This document shows, piece by piece, positions 34,365 through 37,870 of a stretch of 37,870 nucleotides of DNA. A model generated the notes under the pieces. It saw only the letters and a list, made by a program, of their open reading frames with translations. It searched no databases and was not told the origin of the DNA. Positions within the stretch are counted from its first letter, which is position 1. The number at the start of each line of letters is the position of its first letter. The DNA is from a virus (lineage: Duplodnaviria > Caudoviricetes), in IMG/VR virus record IMGVR_UViG_3300023107_000007, positions 1-37,870 of that record; one strand, 5' to 3'. Both the position numbers and the translations under genes were made by a program.

Positions 34365-34705
34365 CACGTCTTCCGATCACCTGGGACACATCAGACAGCC
34401 TCGAGCGTCAACGCCAGTCGATGAATCGGAACACCCCGTGAGGCCGTGGAGGCCGTCCCAGGTTGCCGCTGGGGAAAACCCATCTTCGGATGACGGACAT
34501 TAGCCAAGGTTGCGAAATGACGCCGGAGGGTCGGTCTAAGAACGAGGCGTCGGCACACGCCTACTCCACGGTTTCACCCACCTCCTGCACGTATCGATCC
34601 CCGTTGCGTGCAGGCATAAACACGGCATCCGATCTGCCGTCACAAGTGCAGGTTCGCCGCTGACGCATACGGCCACTCAAACAACCCGAAATTGAGTGGA
34701 GCCGC
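34365..34705 (+). ncRNA. Candidate structured (pseudoknotted) late-leader RNA
   Basis: Crossing helices 34371-77/34425-31 and 34379-87/34455-63; a cUUCGg hairpin; several further stems. Confidence 0.55.
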
Positions 34706-34706
34706 A

Positions 34707-35933
34707 ATGTCCTGCACCGTCTGCGTCTCCGGCGTTGTCATCGACGACAGCCTCAGCAACGTCGCATGGGGCAAGCAAATCGGCGTATCCGAGAAGGCTG
34801 TTCGAAGCCACCTCAAGCACACGCCACGAGTTGCGAGCTCGAGCACCGCACCCACATCCGGTGGGGAATCCGAAACCCACGACGGCAACGGCGACCACTA
34901 CGTCCGGTTCTCGCAGCAACCATGGGGATTCGACGACTACCGAGCGTTCATCCAGTCCAAAGGGCAAAACCCCGACGAAGTAACTTTCACCTGGGGTTGG
35001 ACGAGCAACCCTGCAGGCGGGTTTTGGAACAAACTCAACAACGTCCGACCGATCGCCGCTGGTGCATCCGCGATTCCCACCGACGACCTACATGCCGCGA
35101 TTGATGCCTGGACGCCCGCTGTAGCCCCCAACGCGACCCCCAGCGCGGAAACGTTCGTCGTCTGTGCCGCGGACCTTCAGGCGGGCAAGGTCGATTACGG
35201 GCTTGGTTCGGGCGATCTGCTCAACCGGGTGCTTGCATCATTCGACCATGCAGCCGAGATCGCAACCAACACCAGGTTCGCGGAAATCATCCTCGCTGAT
35301 CTAGGCGACATCGTTGAGAACATCAACAACACCAGCTCACAACGAGCCACCAACGACCTCGCCATCACCGAACAAATCCGGTTAGCGCGCCGGCTCATGC
35401 TCGAAGGCATCAAACGACTCGCACCACTCACCGACTCACTTGTGTACGTTGCGGTGCCGTCCAACCACGGGTCAGTTCGTCTCGGCCCGAAGTCGCCCGA
35501 AAACCATGTACTCGACGACTACGGCATCGAAATCGCCGAACAACTCCGCGACATCTGCAACGAATCCGACAAACTCACCAACGTCACCATCCGCATCCCC
35601 GAACAGAGCGCCGAAACATTGGCGCTCACCACATCCCGGACAACACTCGGATTCGCACACGGCCACCAAGCACAATCACCAGACGCACTCGGGAAGTTCT
35701 GGCAAGGACAATCACACGGCCGCATGCCACTCGCAGCCGCCGACATCGCCCTGTTTGGTCACTACCACTCGCTGAGAGTGCAGCAATCCGGTGACTCACG
35801 ATGGCTGATGGTTTCGCCGTCCAGCGACTCGGGATCTTCCTGGTTCACCAACAAGACCGGCGAACGATCGCAAGCCGGAATGCTGTCATTCATTACCAGC
35901 GATGGTGCATGGAGTGACCTGCGAATCCTGTAA
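34707..35933 (+). CDS. Calcineurin-like metallophosphoesterase (Mre11/SbcD-like) with N-terminal CxxC/HTH-like region
   Basis: ADLQ, LGDIVEN, PSNHG, AHGHQ and FGHYH motifs. Confidence 0.85.
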   Translation: MSCTVCVSGVVIDDSLSNVAWGKQIGVSEKAVRSHLKHTPRVASSSTAPTSGGESETHDGNGDHYVRFSQQPWGFDDYRAFIQSKGQNPDEVTFTWGWTSNPAGGFWNKLNNVRPIAAGASAIPTDDLHAAIDAWTPAVAPNATPSAETFVVCAADLQAGKVDYGLGSGDLLNRVLASFDHAAEIATNTRFAEIILADLGDIVENINNTSSQRATNDLAITEQIRLARRLMLEGIKRLAPLTDSLVYVAVPSNHGSVRLGPKSPENHVLDDYGIEIAEQLRDICNESDKLTNVTIRIPEQSAETLALTTSRTTLGFAHGHQAQSPDALGKFWQGQSHGRMPLAAADIALFGHYHSLRVQQSGDSRWLMVSPSSDSGSSWFTNKTGERSQAGMLSFITSDGAWSDLRIL

Positions 35934-35940
35934 CGGGAGA

Positions 35941-36050
35941 CGCGGTAGAAAGCCAGTGATGGTGGAGAGCGGCTCTGCTTCGGCAACCGTGACCGGGTTC
36001 AGGACTGGACGCGCAGCTAGGGGCTGAGGCTGCATCAAACGACTACCGCG
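35941..36050 (+). ncRNA. Candidate 110-nt multibranched RNA
   Basis: Closing stem CGCGGTAG/CTACCGCG; internal TGC-TTCG-GCA and GCAGCT/GGCTGC stems. Confidence 0.45.
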
Positions 36051-36080
36051 CCGATGGAGACGCGACCAAGGACCAACACC

Positions 36081-36257
36081 ATGGACTGGCAAGCCGAACC
36101 ACACGAGCTCGACCCGACCATCGCTGAAGCCGTCGACCACATCAACGAGTTACTGCCAACGCGGTACCTCGAGCCGTTGATAACCGCGCGTGACTGCGAA
36201 CTCGGTGGGTTCGACCTTGCCCTCGTCCTCGAGGCCGCGAAAGGGAACGCACCGTGA
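36081..36257 (+). CDS. Hypothetical protein
   Basis: AAGGA RBS before ATG 36081; GTGA overlap. Confidence 0.55.
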   Translation: MDWQAEPHELDPTIAEAVDHINELLPTRYLEPLITARDCELGGFDLALVLEAAKGNAP

Positions 36258-36571
36258 AGATGCCAGAAACAACAGTGGAAGCCGACAATTTCGGCCCGCT
36301 GCCCAACGAGGCACGGATGAGCGCTTACTACTACAGCTTCGAGCCGACAGGCATTGGCCCGGTCGATGCGATCCTTTCCGCCATTGCCGTCGCAGGGAAA
36401 GCAGCGCACCACACCGAGGCTTGGAACGACCACGAGTCGACCTACTTCACGAACCGTCCAGGCTTGGTCGACGGCACGAGCGCAGTAGACCTCATCCAAC
36501 AGAACGCGGATGCAGCAGCCGAAGCGATCCGCACACTCCTCGCTGCCCATCCTCCGGCAGGGGCACGATGA
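36254..36571 (+). CDS. Hypothetical phage protein
   Basis: AYYYSFEPTG...ILSAIAVAGKAAHHTEAW. Confidence 0.75.
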   Translation: MKMPETTVEADNFGPLPNEARMSAYYYSFEPTGIGPVDAILSAIAVAGKAAHHTEAWNDHESTYFTNRPGLVDGTSAVDLIQQNADAAAEAIRTLLAAHPPAGAR

Positions 36572-37023
36572 CCGTTCGACACTGGACAGTCACCACCCAC
36601 CACACTGGTAAGCCGCGTGAGGTTGACTTCCACCTGTACGACAAACAAAGCCAAATGCGGGCTGCAGCATCCCGCCACTCAAACAGGATCGAACCTGACC
36701 CTGCCAACCACCACGAGCACGTCGCCGCAGTCTGCCACTGCTTCACCCTGTCCCATGTAGTCGCAGACGGCACCGAGATTGAAAGCCCCAAAGCGGCCAT
36801 CATCCGGTTCTCACGCGAACACCTCAACGCCGAAGTAATCAGCCACGAGGTAGCACACGCAGCAGCGCACCTCTACGGACTAGACCTCATCAACCCCGAT
36901 GATCTTGCAGCCGACCACTTCACCGGCAACAACGAACCATTCGCATACCTAGCAGGCGACCTATTCGCCGCCATCTGGCCGATGCTCTACGAAGCCACAG
37001 ACGAAGCAAAGGTGCACGCATGA
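36568..37023 (+). CDS. HEXXH zincin-like protein
   Basis: ISHEVAHAA...NEPFAYL. Confidence 0.7.
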   Translation: MTVRHWTVTTHHTGKPREVDFHLYDKQSQMRAAASRHSNRIEPDPANHHEHVAAVCHCFTLSHVVADGTEIESPKAAIIRFSREHLNAEVISHEVAHAAAHLYGLDLINPDDLAADHFTGNNEPFAYLAGDLFAAIWPMLYEATDEAKVHA

Positions 37024-37196
37024 CCGAGATCGCACCCGGATGGAGCAGGCCCGCTATTAGAGTCCAACCGCCAGTTCGCCAGCCAAACGCAGACACGCTC
37101 ACCCCGGCCGAAGCAGCAGGGGTCAACATCGCAGCACGACTCGAACCGGGTGTGCTCGCGGAGTTACGAGACTGGCTCGACAACCAGGCAGTTTAG
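37020..37196 (+). CDS. Hypothetical protein (58 aa)
   Basis: AAAGGTG RBS, ATGA overlap. Confidence 0.55.
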   Translation: MTEIAPGWSRPAIRVQPPVRQPNADTLTPAEAAGVNIAARLEPGVLAELRDWLDNQAV

Positions 37197-37214
37197 AAAG
37201 ATTGGAGCGACCTG

Positions 37215-37502
37215 ATGGCCGCAGTGAAAGACATCGTCACCGTGACTCTCAGCACCGAGACCAAACGGGAAGTCGACCTAATCGACGCTCTGATCCACGC
37301 ATTGCAGCCCTACGTGGACGCGGTCGTAACCAACATTTCAGAACTATGTGCCGCGATCAGCAAGCTGGCAGAACCCACCTCGCATGACGAATATGGCAGC
37401 CCGATCTACTCCTGGCAGATCAGCCCTTCGAGCGAGTCAACACCAGATCAGACTTACGCGGACCCCACTGCAACGCCGAACGGTGCTTCTCAGACGCGAT
37501 AG
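37215..37502 (+). CDS. Hypothetical protein
   Basis: GGAG RBS; 3' end overlaps an opposite-strand ORF. Confidence 0.55.
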   Translation: MAAVKDIVTVTLSTETKREVDLIDALIHALQPYVDAVVTNISELCAAISKLAEPTSHDEYGSPIYSWQISPSSESTPDQTYADPTATPNGASQTR

Positions 37503-37593
37503 ACCAACCAGCAGCAAGCAGCTTCTCCAACTCCTTCTTGCCCGCACGACTCGACAAGTCAACAGCGATCGTCTTCGTCTCCACATCAGCCAT
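37420..37593 (-). CDS. 57-aa hypothetical protein, probably leaderless
   Basis: MADVETKTIAVDL...ELEKLLAAGWSI; TACCCT box 7 nt before ATG. Confidence 0.55.
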   Translation of the reverse strand: MADVETKTIAVDLSSRAGKKELEKLLAAGWSIASEKHRSALQWGPRKSDLVLTRSKG

Positions 37594-37651
37594 ACCGCAC
37601 AGGGTAATACCCCACCCGGGTAACACAACACCCCCGCACAGGAGAACCCCC

Positions 37652-37870
37652 ATGGCATGGGAAACAAACCGCCCCCACCACGTACCCACCCACATACGCG
37701 ACGCCTGCCTACAACGCGACGGCAACCAATGCGTGCACCCACTCCGAGACGGCACCCGCTGCCCAGCCACCACCAACCTGCAAGCAGCACACCTCAAACA
37801 ATGGCAACCCGGCGAACAAACCACACTCGACATGGTGCGCACACTCTGCGAATGGCACCACAACCGAGAA
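37652..37870 (+). CDS. Terminase-associated HNH endonuclease (5' part, runs off the window)
   Basis: AGGAG RBS; IRDACLQRDGNQC...RC...AAH...VRTLCEWHHNRE. Confidence 0.85.
   Translation, partial: MAWETNRPHHVPTHIRDACLQRDGNQCVHPLRDGTRCPATTNLQAAHLKQWQPGEQTTLDMVRTLCEWHHNRE

Noticed and set aside
34252-34663. Short ORFs 34252-34503 and 34463-34663
   Set aside because: TTG starts without RBS; they overlap the promoter, terminator and dense RNA stems, so non-coding is more likely

Overview
Near-complete genome (~37.9 kb) of a temperate siphovirus of a high-GC actinobacterium, probably Microbacteriaceae-like (inferred from gene content and the lack of a lysin B). It is in the unintegrated state with an intact attP. 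The window opens inside the terminal HNH gene, whose 5' part lies at the window end. Gene order: putative cos site, terminase, portal, head, tail with a -1 frameshifted chaperone, lysis cassette, attP, tyrosine integrase, ImmA protease/repressor/Cro switch, an early operon (YqaJ exonuclease, RusA, replication initiator with internal origin, SSB), a putative late regulator with promoter and terminator, a metallophosphoesterase and HNH. The most unusual signals are non-coding. (1) attP carries the 5' half of tRNA-Arg(CCT) behind a candidate phage promoter, and phage sequence closes it into a T-armless structure with a U-tract. (2) A 53-nt D-armless tRNA mimic ends in CCA. (3) Three large structured intergenic RNAs are present, one pseudoknotted. 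(4) Two tiny Cys-rich ORFs follow the holin. All calls come from manual reading; no searches or folding programs were run.
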